64,000 nt of DNA, from NCBI GenBank assembly GCA_963816025.1, contig CAWFJA010000015.1, positions 17,254-81,253 on the forward strand. The letters run 5' to 3'. Within the stretch, counting starts at the first letter, position 1. The number at the start of each line of letters is the position of its first letter. The notes beneath the pieces were generated by a model. That model was given only the letters and a program-made list of their open reading frames with translations, made no database searches and was not told the origin of the DNA. A program made the translations under genes and the position numbers. Positions 11,421 through 21,070 of this stretch are shown here, one piece after another. Origin of the DNA: Terriglobia bacterium. GTDB lineage: Bacteria; Acidobacteriota; Terriglobia; Terriglobales; Acidobacteriaceae.

Positions 11421-11437
11421 CCGCCGGTGTCTGCAAC

Positions 11438-11469
11438 CGAATGAGAGTGGCTGTGGCCACTCTCATTCG
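11438..11469. terminator. 14-bp hairpin between convergent genes (bidirectional terminator candidate)
   Basis: CGAATGAGAGTGGC-tgtg-GCCACTCTCATTCG, perfect stem. Confidence 0.55.
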
Positions 11470-11504
11470 TTCCATTCAATCCTAAGCCACGGCGCGGGAT
11501 TACA

Positions 11505-11918
11505 TCACTCGCCCATCACTTTCACGATCACCCGTTTGTCCCGCTGGCCGTCGAACTCCGCGTAGAAAATTCGCTGCCAGGTCCCCAAATCGAGTTTGCC
11601 TGCGGTAATGGGGACGATGACCTCATGGTGGATGAGCAGCGCCTTCAGGTGGGAATCGCCGTTGTCCTCGCCGGTGTCGTGGTGTTTGTAGTCCTTGCGG
11701 AAGGGCGCCAGAGTTTCCAGCCACTGATCGATGTCTTCGATCAATCCGCTCTCGTTGTCATTCACGTAGACGCCGGCGGTGATGTGCATGGCGGACACCA
11801 GCGCCATGCCTTCCTTGACGCCGCTCTTGCCTACGATTTGCTCCACCTGGGGCGTGATGTGCACATAGGCGCGGTGGGAGCGGGTGTGAAATTTCAGGTA
11901 CTCGGTAAGACACTTCAT
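11505..11918 (-). CDS. YjbQ/UPF0047 family protein (secondary thiamine-phosphate synthase-like)
   Basis: 137 aa. Family-typical [15 protein letters not shown] and [16 protein letters not shown]. Confidence 0.85.
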   Translation of the reverse strand: MKCLTEYLKFHTRSHRAYVHITPQVEQIVGKSGVKEGMALVSAMHITAGVYVNDNESGLIEDIDQWLETLAPFRKDYKHHDTGEDNGDSHLKALLIHHEVIVPITAGKLDLGTWQRIFYAEFDGQRDKRVIVKVMGE

Positions 11919-11998
11919 GGTTCGTCCCCTTGAATAGTTCGTGAAAGCCAGACCAGTTTCGCAGATAATGCTCCGGAAATCAGTTTCCCGGAGGTGCG

Positions 11999-13855
11999 GT
12001 GGACCCTTCTGAAAGCGAACTGCAGGAACTGCGGCGGCTGCTGGGAGAACTTACGGCGAGAGTATTTCGCATCGAGCAGGCCCTGAACCTGCAGCCCGGC
12101 TTGCCGCGTCCGGCGTCCCCGGTCGAGAACCCGCCTCCGAGCCCGCCGCCGGCGCCGCCGTACCAGATCCGGACCGACATTCCGCCGATGCCGGGGCGGG
12201 TTCCGCCGGCAAAGACCAGAGGCCCGGACCTCGAATCCCGCATCGGTTCGCACTGGCTGAACCGGATCGGCATTGCCGCCGTGCTCATCGGCGTTTCCTA
12301 CTTCCTGAAATTTGCTTTCGACAACAACTGGATCGGACCGGCCGGCCGCGTAACCATCGGCCTGTTCGCCGGTATCGCCATCGTGGTCTGGAGCGAAGAT
12401 TTCCGGCGCCGCGGATATCGCATCTTTTCCTATTCGCTGAAGGCCGTCGGCATCGGCGTGTTGTATCTCTCGCTTTACGCAGCGTTTCAGGTGTACGGCC
12501 TGGTGCCGGGCGGCGTGGCCTTCCTCATGATGTTCGCGGTGACCGCCGCCACGGCGATGATGGCCTGGAGCCAGGACGCGGAAATTCTCGCCGCATTTGC
12601 GCTGATTGGCGGCTTCAGCACTCCACTGTTGCTCTCCACCGGCCAGAATCGTGAAGTCGCCCTGTTCGCTTACGTTGCCATTTTGGACCTGGGTGCGCTG
12701 GCCCTGGTGATCCTGAAGCCCTGGCGGCGCTTGCTGGTCTTAAGTTACGTGGGGACCCTGGCGCTGTATGTCGGCTGGTACTCGAGCTTCTACGACGTAA
12801 CCCAGGTGCGGATGACCGTCGGATTCGCCACGTTATTCTTCGCTATCTTTGCTGTGGCGCCATTGCTAGCCCACCCGGCAGAGAAGGGATGGCTGTCCGA
12901 CTCGGTTCCTCCTCTGATCGCGGTGGTGAATGCCGCCGGATATTTTCTGCAGATCTACGTCATGTTCGAGGAGATTGGTACCCGCGACACGGCCTGGTTT
13001 GCCCTAGCCCTGGCGGCGCTGTATATCTTCCTCAGCCGCCAGGCCCGTGGCAGCGCCGGTAGTCCCGAGTCGGCAAAGACGGTGGATCTGCTCCACCTCG
13101 CTCTCGCCCTCGGATTTGTCACCGTCGCCATTCCCATACGCCTCGACGCCCACTGGGTCACCATGGGATGGTTCGTGGAAGCGGCCGTGCTGTTATGGGT
13201 AGCTGACAGGATTCATTCGGAACTGCTTAACCTATTTGCCATCGGCGCCCTGGCTCTCGGCGTAAGCCGGCTCCTGCTGATTGACAATTTCTTCGTCACG
13301 CGCCCGATCTTCAATAATCGGATGGCGACGTACGCGGTGGCGATCGCGGTGCTGGGCACGGTGGCCTGGTATGGCAGCCGCCGGACCGATGATACTGGAC
13401 GCACTGCGGCCGCGATTTGCGTCGTTGCCCTTAACCTGCTGGCGTTGCGGGCCTTGAGTCTCGAAGTATCCAGTTACTACGCGCAAGAGATGACAAAAGT
13501 TAGGACGCGGGCGCTGCAGTGGAATCAGGACGACTTGATCGACGTCTCAAACTGGCATCACGCAAAAATCGCCCGCGACTTCACTTACTCGGCGTTGTGG
13601 ATGGCCTACGGCGCCATGCTGATGGCGGTCGGCTTCTGGCGGCGTTCGGCCTTCGTGCGCTGGCAGGCGTTGGTTCTGATCGCGTTCACCATTGGCAAAG
13701 TCTTCCTCTACGATGTATCGGAACTGGACCGCGGTTACCGCATCGTGAGTTTTATCGTGCTGGGCGTGCTGCTGCTGGCGATTTCGTTTGTGTATCAGCG
13801 CGATTGGCTGAAGCTCTCCAGCCGGAACGCGGAAGAAAGCCCGGCGAGCCGGTGA
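11999..13855 (+). CDS. DUF2339-type polytopic membrane protein
   Basis: N-terminal coiled segment, Pro-rich linker, then many TM helices ([37 protein letters not shown]). Confidence 0.8.
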   Translation: MDPSESELQELRRLLGELTARVFRIEQALNLQPGLPRPASPVENPPPSPPPAPPYQIRTDIPPMPGRVPPAKTRGPDLESRIGSHWLNRIGIAAVLIGVSYFLKFAFDNNWIGPAGRVTIGLFAGIAIVVWSEDFRRRGYRIFSYSLKAVGIGVLYLSLYAAFQVYGLVPGGVAFLMMFAVTAATAMMAWSQDAEILAAFALIGGFSTPLLLSTGQNREVALFAYVAILDLGALALVILKPWRRLLVLSYVGTLALYVGWYSSFYDVTQVRMTVGFATLFFAIFAVAPLLAHPAEKGWLSDSVPPLIAVVNAAGYFLQIYVMFEEIGTRDTAWFALALAALYIFLSRQARGSAGSPESAKTVDLLHLALALGFVTVAIPIRLDAHWVTMGWFVEAAVLLWVADRIHSELLNLFAIGALALGVSRLLLIDNFFVTRPIFNNRMATYAVAIAVLGTVAWYGSRRTDDTGRTAAAICVVALNLLALRALSLEVSSYYAQEMTKVRTRALQWNQDDLIDVSNWHHAKIARDFTYSALWMAYGAMLMAVGFWRRSAFVRWQALVLIAFTIGKVFLYDVSELDRGYRIVSFIVLGVLLLAISFVYQRDWLKLSSRNAEESPASR

Positions 13856-15081
13856 AAACCGCTTTCTTCGCGCTCGCGATATTCGTGGCTTTTGCTGAGG
13901 CGTCCGCCCCCGGACCCTCCATTTCTTATTTCACCAATCTCCGCGACATCCGCATCGTGCAGCCTGGCGTGCAGAATTATTTTGTGGTGGATGAAGAAGT
14001 CTGGAACCGGGTGCGTCCCGATCTCGCCGACCTGCGAATTTACGATGGCGAATCCCAGGTGCAATACGCGCTCAGCGAACAGCGTGGCGGAATTTCCAGT
14101 CGCGAGGAGCCGGCCAGGATCGTCAATCTAGGCAGCGTCGGCGGCCACACGGAATTTGATCTGGACATGGGGCAAATCGCCGAATACGACCGCATCCGGC
14201 TGAATTTGGACGCCAGGGATTTCGTAGTGACCGCCTCGCTCGAGGGCAGCAACCAACTGGGTGCAAAAACCACGGTCCAACTGCCGCCAGCCACGCTCTA
14301 TGACTTTACTCGCGAGGAACTGGGTTCCAATCCAGTGCTGAAGTTGCCGCCTTCGAGTTTTCATTACTTGCACGTGAGACTGTCTATGGGTATCGCGCCC
14401 GCCCAGGTCAAGGGAGCGTCGGTGTACAATCTCGAGGAAACCAAAACCGTCTGGACCAGCGTGGGATCATGCGGCGCGCTATCCCAGATCGCGCGAACGA
14501 CCGTGATGGTCTGCCATGCGCCAATGCATGTTCCGGTAGACCGTGTCCGCTTCGATGTGGATTCGAAACAGTTGAATTTCCGGCGCAGCGTTATTCTTTC
14601 AGATACGAGCGACCGGGGTTACGGGAGCGGCGAAATCACGCGGGTGCGAATGAATCGCGCCGGCACCGCGGTTGTCTCGGAAGAGATGGATGTGCCGGTC
14701 AGAGGCAGTTCGGGCCAGTTGAAGATCACCGTGGACAACGGTGACAACCCACCTTTGGCGATCGCGGGCGTGCAACTACTGTCGATTGAACGCCGCGTGT
14801 ATTTTGGTCCGCAAGGCAAATCCCTGCTCAGGCTTTACTATGGCGACCGCAAACTCGGGTCGCCGATCTATGACTACGCCAGGTTCTTCAAGGCCGATGC
14901 GGCCGCAGCTCAGGCGGAGCTTGGACCGGTCGCGCAGAATCCCGCATACAGCGGGCGGCCGGATGATCGGCCCTGGTCGGAGCGCCATAAAGCAATCCTT
15001 TGGCTGGCGATGTTGCTGGCGGTGGCAGTGCTGGCGGCGCTGGCGATTCGAGGATTAAAAGCAACCCCGGCGTCATCGTGA
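13852..15081 (+). CDS. DUF3999-like secreted/membrane-anchored protein
   Basis: GTG 13852 overlaps the upstream TGA (GTGA coupling). Has a signal peptide and a C-terminal TM. This is the typical partner of DUF2339. Confidence 0.7.
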   Translation: MKTAFFALAIFVAFAEASAPGPSISYFTNLRDIRIVQPGVQNYFVVDEEVWNRVRPDLADLRIYDGESQVQYALSEQRGGISSREEPARIVNLGSVGGHTEFDLDMGQIAEYDRIRLNLDARDFVVTASLEGSNQLGAKTTVQLPPATLYDFTREELGSNPVLKLPPSSFHYLHVRLSMGIAPAQVKGASVYNLEETKTVWTSVGSCGALSQIARTTVMVCHAPMHVPVDRVRFDVDSKQLNFRRSVILSDTSDRGYGSGEITRVRMNRAGTAVVSEEMDVPVRGSSGQLKITVDNGDNPPLAIAGVQLLSIERRVYFGPQGKSLLRLYYGDRKLGSPIYDYARFFKADAAAAQAELGPVAQNPAYSGRPDDRPWSERHKAILWLAMLLAVAVLAALAIRGLKATPASS

Positions 15082-15103
15082 GCAGGTGCTTTGACAGGAG
15101 AAC

Positions 15104-17476
15104 TTACCGCATCGACTCTTCGACTTCGGAAATCCAGTCAGGCCGCTTTAGTACTTCGCGCGGCTTGGGACCGTCCGCCGCGCCCACAATGCCGTCACGT
15201 TCCATCAGATCGATCAGATGGGCGGCGCGGCCATAGCCGATTCGCAGACGGCGCTGCAGCAGGGAAGTGGAAGCCTTGCCGAACTCCACTACCAACCGCA
15301 CGGCATCGTTATAGAGTGGGTCATTTTCGGCCTCACCGTCTTCGCCAGCGGCTCCCGCTTCCCCGGGCGCGCGTTCGTCTCTCGGAGCCTGCAGGAATTT
15401 CTCTTCGTACTCGGCCGAGCCTTGCGACTTCCAGAACTCGACTACGGCGGCGATTTCCTTCTCGGTAACGAAGGGCGCGTGCAATCGATGCACACGGGAG
15501 GAACCGGAGGGCAGGTAGAGCATGTCGCCGCGTCCCAGCAGGGCTTCGGCGCCGTTGGCATCGAGAATGGTGCGCGAGTCCACCTTAGTCGCCACCCGGA
15601 AAGAAATGCGGGCAGGGAAGTTGGCCTTGATGAGCCCGGTGATTACATCGACCGACGGCCGCTGCGTGGCCAGCACCAGGTGAATGCCTACCGCCCGCGC
15701 CATCTGGGCCAGGCGCGTGACTGACTCTTCCACGTTGCCAGAGTCCAGCATCATCAGGTCAGCCAACTCGTCAATGATGATGACGATATAGGGCAAGGGC
15801 CGGTCTTCAGAATCTTCGCCAAACAGGCTGCGCGTGCCTTCGTCGTCGAACAGTTTGTTGTACTGCTCCATGTTGCGCACGCCTTTTTCAGCCAGCAGTT
15901 TCAGCCGGCGCTCCATTTCGCGGACAGCATTCCGCAGCGCATTGGCGGCAAGCTTGGGTTCGGTGATGATCGGCGTGAACAGGTGCGGCACGCCTTCGTA
16001 GTTGCCCAACTCCAGGCGCTTGGGATCCACCAGGATCAATCGCACCTGGTCGGGCGTGGCCTTGTACAGGATGGACATGATCATGGCATTGATGGCCACG
16101 CTCTTGCCCGCGCCGGTCGAACCCGCGATCAGCAGGTGAGGCATGCCCGCGAGATCGGCGGTGACGATGCGTCCGTTTATGTCTTTGCCGAGCGCGAGGG
16201 TCAACTTCGATTTGGTGCCGATGAACTCGGTCGATTCAATGTTCTCGCGCAGCCATATGATTTCGCGCTCGCGGTTCGGCACCTGAATCCCGACTGTGGA
16301 CTTGCCTGCCATGCGCTCGATCAGGATGCTCTCGGCTTTGAGCGCCAGGCACAGGTCATCGGTGAGGTTGGTGATGCGGCTGTACTTGATGCCGGCCTCG
16401 GGCTTGTATTCGAAAGTCGTGACCACCGGCCCGGGATTGATCTGTGTTACCTGCCCGTGGACGTCGAATTCGGAATATTTCTCGGTCAGCACCTGGGCCA
16501 GCAACTTCAATTCGTCGGCATCAATGGCCTGTTGCTCATCCGGACGATGCAGCAAACTGCTGGGCGGCAACTTGAATCCGCCGGCTGCGATGCGCGGCAT
16601 GGTTGTCTTTGGCTTAGCTCCAGTGTCGGCGCGCTCCGTAACTTCAACATCGGGAATGATGGCCTCCGGGGCCGCGCGTGGCGGCTGCGGCTCGAGCTCG
16701 TGTTCCGCGGCGCGGGCGGAGATGGCCATGCGATCGATGCCAGTGGCTCGAACCGGCTCAGCGTAAGCGGGAGTGGGAGAACGCGCGGGAATCAACTGAG
16801 CTGTGACCGTCGGCCGAGTAGCGCGCCGCTTTTCCAGCTCCTTTTGCATTTTCTTTTTGGCGCGGTTTTCCTGCCAGTCTTTGTAGCGGTTCCAGAGCGC
16901 GACCACGAAGGCGAAACGGGTCGGAGCCCAGACCCGCAAGGAAGCAAAGGAGAAGGCAGTGGTGAGATACAGCGCGATTGCCAAAACCGTGGCGCACACG
17001 ATATATGCGCCGGCGGGATTCAGGTAATGGATGAGGACATCGCCCACGATGCGTCCGGCCAGGCCTTCCATGGGGATCACGCCCATCCAGCGCACATGTC
17101 CAGGCATGAGCGCCAGCAGCGCGGGCACGAAAATCAGCAGCCAGATTGCGCCTAAAGACTTCGCAACCGGAGACGTGACCTTGCGCGAACGGAACCAGCG
17201 CGAGCCCAACGCTCCCAGAAACACCGGAACCAGAAACGCTCCGATGCCCAGACCTTGCAGCAACAGGTCGGAAACAATCGCGCCCACCAGCCCCACCCAG
17301 TTGCGCGCCGACTGCGAACCGGTCAGCACCGACGCGCTGTTGAATGAAGGATCAAGCGGAGAATACGAGGCCAGGGCCAGGAACAAAAGCAGTCCCGAGA
17401 CGCAAAGCACGAATCCGATCAGCTCATTAAGCCGCCGGTTATTCGTGGGAGCGAAGATCTGTGAGAAGTACTTCAT
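15104..17476 (-). CDS. ftsK: DNA translocase FtsK/SpoIIIE
   Basis: 790 aa with N-terminal TM helices, the motor domain (GSTGAGKS Walker A, VIIIDELADLM Walker B) and the C-terminal gamma winged helix. Confidence 0.95.
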   Translation of the reverse strand: MKYFSQIFAPTNNRRLNELIGFVLCVSGLLLFLALASYSPLDPSFNSASVLTGSQSARNWVGLVGAIVSDLLLQGLGIGAFLVPVFLGALGSRWFRSRKVTSPVAKSLGAIWLLIFVPALLALMPGHVRWMGVIPMEGLAGRIVGDVLIHYLNPAGAYIVCATVLAIALYLTTAFSFASLRVWAPTRFAFVVALWNRYKDWQENRAKKKMQKELEKRRATRPTVTAQLIPARSPTPAYAEPVRATGIDRMAISARAAEHELEPQPPRAAPEAIIPDVEVTERADTGAKPKTTMPRIAAGGFKLPPSSLLHRPDEQQAIDADELKLLAQVLTEKYSEFDVHGQVTQINPGPVVTTFEYKPEAGIKYSRITNLTDDLCLALKAESILIERMAGKSTVGIQVPNREREIIWLRENIESTEFIGTKSKLTLALGKDINGRIVTADLAGMPHLLIAGSTGAGKSVAINAMIMSILYKATPDQVRLILVDPKRLELGNYEGVPHLFTPIITEPKLAANALRNAVREMERRLKLLAEKGVRNMEQYNKLFDDEGTRSLFGEDSEDRPLPYIVIIIDELADLMMLDSGNVEESVTRLAQMARAVGIHLVLATQRPSVDVITGLIKANFPARISFRVATKVDSRTILDANGAEALLGRGDMLYLPSGSSRVHRLHAPFVTEKEIAAVVEFWKSQGSAEYEEKFLQAPRDERAPGEAGAAGEDGEAENDPLYNDAVRLVVEFGKASTSLLQRRLRIGYGRAAHLIDLMERDGIVGAADGPKPREVLKRPDWISEVEESMR

Positions 17477-17612
17477 GGGGAATTAGTTGGCAGCCTGAAG
17501 CAAATTGAGACGATTCAGGAATGCCCGAAGTCAGCCAGAACAAATGATTATGCCAAGAACCACCCGGCCGGACAATGAAGGAATTCGGAAACAGTATCGA
17601 GTTAGTTTCGGG

Positions 17613-17678
17613 GTAGCGCCGGCATCCCGCCGGCCCGATGAGCGGGCAGAATGCCCGCCAGACTGCCCGCCAGACTGC
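17613..17678 (+). repeat. short GC hairpin repeat (GTAGCGCCGGCRTCCCGCCGGC family) plus GCGGGCAGAATGCCCGC hairpin
   Basis: The same 22-nt unit recurs at 55297-55318. Confidence 0.6.
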
Positions 17679-17826
17679 AAGGTGCCGTTGCCAAAGAGTG
17701 CAGGGAGAACTAGGTTTCCACGTCAGGCCTGGCCAGCTAGAGGCTCTTTCGGGCCGAACTTCGCTCGCCTGAACAGCCGAGCCGGCGGTTCCCGCATGGC
17801 CTGGAACGGGAGTTTGCTCGCTGCAC

Positions 17827-18720
17827 TCAGCCCGCGAGCCTCGCGGCGTACACCAGCACCAGAATTCCCACCACGATGCGGTACACCGCAAACGGCACAA
17901 ACCCTCGTTTCCGTACCCAGGCCATGAAAAACGCCACCGACGCATAGGCGACAAAGTAGGAAACCATAAAGCCAATCGCCAGCAGCACCCATTGATTCGA
18001 GGTGATCTGCGAAACCCCGATCGGATTCTCGCCTTTCCCCATGACCGACTTCAATAATGTGTAACCGGTGGCCGCCGCCATGGTGGGAATGGAAAGGAAG
18101 AAGGAGAACTCGAGGGCCGACGCTCGCGACATCCCGGCGAGTTGGCCGCCGGCAATGGTTGACATGGAGCGCGACGTTCCAGGAAACAGGGCCGAAAAGA
18201 TCTGGCAGAAGCCGATCCACACCGCTTGTCCCATGCTCATCGCGTCCATTTTCCAGGTATGAATGCTGCTGGAGCCCGCGTCCGGTCCTGCCGCCTCCGA
18301 TTTCGCCTTGGCCGCGTCCACGATCCACATCACAATTCCACCAACCAGCAGCGACCAGCCGATGATGGGCATGCTTTCCAGGTGCTTGCCGATCACTTTG
18401 GTCAGGAGAAAAGCGGGAATCGCGGTCACCACAAACGCGATCATGACCAGGCTGAGAGGATGGTTCGCCACGGTGCGATCGCCCTTCTCGCCTTGAGGAA
18501 ACGTTGCAAATAATTTCGCAATCCGGTCGCGAAAATACACCGGCAGGCAAAGGATGGCGCCCAGTTGAATCACGATGGTGTACATCTTCCAATAGCCGTC
18601 CGACAGGCTGAGATGAAGCAACGCCTCGGCAATTCGTAGATGCGCGGTGGAACTTACCGGCAGATATTCCGTGAGACCTTCAATGATTCCCAGCACGACG
18701 GACAGCAGGTAGTCGTTCAA
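17827..18720 (-). CDS. uppP: undecaprenyl-diphosphate phosphatase
   Basis: 297 aa polytopic protein. BacA motifs GIIEGLTEYLPVSSTAHL and PGTSRS. Confidence 0.95.
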   Translation of the reverse strand: MNDYLLSVVLGIIEGLTEYLPVSSTAHLRIAEALLHLSLSDGYWKMYTIVIQLGAILCLPVYFRDRIAKLFATFPQGEKGDRTVANHPLSLVMIAFVVTAIPAFLLTKVIGKHLESMPIIGWSLLVGGIVMWIVDAAKAKSEAAGPDAGSSSIHTWKMDAMSMGQAVWIGFCQIFSALFPGTSRSMSTIAGGQLAGMSRASALEFSFFLSIPTMAAATGYTLLKSVMGKGENPIGVSQITSNQWVLLAIGFMVSYFVAYASVAFFMAWVRKRGFVPFAVYRIVVGILVLVYAARLAG

Positions 18721-18793
18721 GCTTCCTCCAAAACGGGTGAAGGAAAGTATTACAGAAATTTTGGATGGATGAGTCGAAACTTCGCGAAGGTAC

Positions 18794-19720
18794 TTACTGG
18801 GTTAGGTTCCCGTAAGTCGGAACGCCTTGTTCCATCAAGTAGAGCAGCCGTTGAGCGCGCGCCGCCCAGTCCTCTGAGGCAGTCTGCGACGCCGCTTTCT
18901 GGGCCAGAGCCACGGCCTTGGCGCGCGCCTCCTCGGACTTTTTCGGCTCTTCTTCCGTTTTGTAGATCTCGATCAGGGCCGACCAGCGCCAGGCGGCGTC
19001 GTACAATGCCTCCGCTGCTGCCGGAGACTGAGGATGCTCGGTGGCATATTTTTCGTAAATTTCCGATTCCTTCACCGGGCATTTCGAACTGCCCTGCCAA
19101 TCGCCGCACAGCTTGTTGTCGATCAGGTGGAAAGCGGCCAGGTCGGCCCACTTGCTGTCGGGAAATTTCTTGATGACCTCTTTCATGTATTTTTCTTCCA
19201 TGCCTTCACGCATGTAGGACTCGCGCTCCCGGGCCGAAGGACGCGATGACACGTCCGCCTTTTCGAGCTGCCAGCGGATGTCGGCGGAGCGATACATGGC
19301 CTCGCCCGCCAGAGGCGAGGTGGGAAAGTAGTCAGCGACGCAGTAATAGAGGCGCATGGCATCCTGAGCCGCGCCCCTGCGTCCATGTCTTCGGCTGGCC
19401 TCGTCTTCGGAATCAACCGCCTCGCCAAACAATATCTTGTCGCCGTTCGGGGTGGAGGCCCGCACCACTCCCTTGTCGAGCACCCATCCGGTGACCGTAC
19501 GTTCCTCGGTTAGGTTGGCTTCGACGTGGACCCATTCGCGGCTGGTCTCGAGCACGATGATTTCTCGGCCACGATCCATCTCCGCCAATTTCGCTGAACT
19601 GGTATCGGGCGAGAGATAGATCTGGGCGACGCGCACCACAGCGCCGCGTTGGAAATCGGCGGCAGTGGCGGGGATAGCGGACGCGAACAGACAGCCGATA
19701 ATTAGAAATGCTCCAAACAC
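18794..19720 (-). CDS. secreted SH3-domain protein
   Basis: GTG 19720 gives the signal peptide VFGAFLIIGCLFASAIPATA. The longer ORF start (19912) and ATG 19780 lie inside a repeat element. SH3b-like segment is VRVAQIYLSPD...TGWVLDKGV. Confidence 0.6.
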   Translation of the reverse strand: MFGAFLIIGCLFASAIPATAADFQRGAVVRVAQIYLSPDTSSAKLAEMDRGREIIVLETSREWVHVEANLTEERTVTGWVLDKGVVRASTPNGDKILFGEAVDSEDEASRRHGRRGAAQDAMRLYYCVADYFPTSPLAGEAMYRSADIRWQLEKADVSSRPSARERESYMREGMEEKYMKEVIKKFPDSKWADLAAFHLIDNKLCGDWQGSSKCPVKESEIYEKYATEHPQSPAAAEALYDAAWRWSALIEIYKTEEEPKKSEEARAKAVALAQKAASQTASEDWAARAQRLLYLMEQGVPTYGNLTQ

Positions 19721-19755
19721 AGTAGCGCCGCCGCTACACCGAGGGCTCAGCGTCT

Positions 19756-19903
19756 TGTCATCCCGAGCGAGGTCGCCCATCCGCTGGCGAATGGGCGGCG
19801 GAGTCGAGGGACCCCTATGCCCGGCACTTTGCTTCGGCGCCAGGGGTCCTTCGACTCCGCCCAAACTTCGCAGAGCGAAGTTTGGGCTGCGCTCAGGATG
19901 ACA
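19756..19903 (+). repeat. MITE-like element, family A (TGTCATCC[C/T]GAGCG ... CGCTCAGGATGACA), copy A1
   Basis: 148 bp with terminal inverted repeats. Two internal hairpins flank the core GAGTCGAGGGACCCCT ... GGTCCTTCGACTC. Confidence 0.85.
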
Positions 19904-19908
19904 GACCT

Positions 19909-20976
19909 TCATCGGTTCTCTTTCCCTAGCTCTGCTAACATTTCCGCTTCAATATTTCCGCCGCTGATCACGGCCACGTTCATCGTCGTTCCCGGCAACT
20001 GGTCTCGATGGAACAGGAACGCCGCCACGGCCACCGCCCCGCTCGGCTCCGCCAGCGTCTTGGGATCGGCAGCCAGGCGCTGCATGGCTTTGCGGATTTC
20101 GTCCTCGCTGACGGTCACAATGTCATCCACGTAGCGGCGGATGTGTTCAAAGTTGATTGCGCCAATGCTCTGGGTGCGCAGCCCATCCGCCAGCGTCCGG
20201 GTGACCTGCTCGGCCGAAGACTGCACGATCCTGCCGGATCGCAAACTGGCCTGGGCGTCCGCCGCAAGTTCCGGCTCCGCGCCAATTACTTTCACCGACG
20301 GCTTGCTGAGCTTGATCGCGGTTGCGATTCCGCTGAGCATTCCTCCTCCGCCGACGGGGGCAATGACGGCTTCCACTTCCGGCAAGTCTTCCAGAATCTC
20401 GAGGCCCATCGTGCCTTGTCCCGCGATAATCATCTCGTCGTTGTACGGCGGCACGATCACGTATCCATGCTGCGCGGCCAGCTCTTCTGCTCTGGCCTGC
20501 CGCTCGGAACTTGCCGGACCCACCAGTATGATCTCCGCGCCCAGCGCAATGGTTGCCTCGCGTTTGACCGCAGGTGCATTTCGGGGCATCACGATGACCG
20601 CTTTGACCCCCAGTGCCCGCGCCGCGTAGGCCACGCCCTGGGCATGATTGCCGCTGGAATAAGTAATGACGCCGCGCTGCCGGTCTTCCTCCGACAGGGA
20701 GGCGACCTTGTTGTAGGCGCCACGCAGCTTGAAGGAGCCAATTGGCTGCAGGTTTTCCGGCTTGAGGTAAAGCTGGCGGGTGTCCTTTTCTTCGTCTGAC
20801 TCGTGGAGGTGTGACGGAATCAGCTTGGTGCGCACGGCCACGCCGCGCAGCCGAGATTGCGCTTCGCGAATGTCGTTGAGAGTGACGATGGGACTATCTC
20901 CAGTGTCATCCTGAGCGGAGTAGCTGCTTCGCTTCGCGAAGCAGCTACGCAGTCGAAGGACCCCTACTCCCGGCAC
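19909..20976 (-). CDS. threonine ammonia-lyase / threonine dehydratase (PLP fold-type II, short form)
   Basis: PLP lysine motif SFKLRGA and GGGGMLSG loop. Conserved sequence starts at IVTLNDIREAQ (about 20889). The only canonical in-frame start, GTG 20976, lies inside MITE copy A2. Confidence 0.85.
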   Translation of the reverse strand: MPGVGVLRLRSCFAKRSSYSAQDDTGDSPIVTLNDIREAQSRLRGVAVRTKLIPSHLHESDEEKDTRQLYLKPENLQPIGSFKLRGAYNKVASLSEEDRQRGVITYSSGNHAQGVAYAARALGVKAVIVMPRNAPAVKREATIALGAEIILVGPASSERQARAEELAAQHGYVIVPPYNDEMIIAGQGTMGLEILEDLPEVEAVIAPVGGGGMLSGIATAIKLSKPSVKVIGAEPELAADAQASLRSGRIVQSSAEQVTRTLADGLRTQSIGAINFEHIRRYVDDIVTVSEDEIRKAMQRLAADPKTLAEPSGAVAVAAFLFHRDQLPGTTMNVAVISGGNIEAEMLAELGKENR

Positions 20977-21051
20977 TGTACTCGGCGCTAGGGTTCCTTC
21001 GACTCCGCGTAAACTTCGCGAAGCGAAGTTTGCGCACCGCTCAGGATGACA
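20904..21051 (+). repeat. MITE-like element, family A, copy A2
   Basis: 148 bp with the same ends and core as A1. The internal hairpins differ in sequence but keep their pairing. Confidence 0.85.
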
Positions 21052-21070
21052 GCTCTTAGATCCAGCAGGT

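Noticed and set aside
19756-19912. Protein-coding N-termini such as MKVCHPERSPNFALRSLGG.. (18794..19912), MRRTWRGARHGLGSHLYARDPSGLES.. (56930..57385), and the ORFs 37827..38273 and 61972..62175
   Set aside because: These are translations of MITE-like repeats that recur in non-coding contexts elsewhere in the window.
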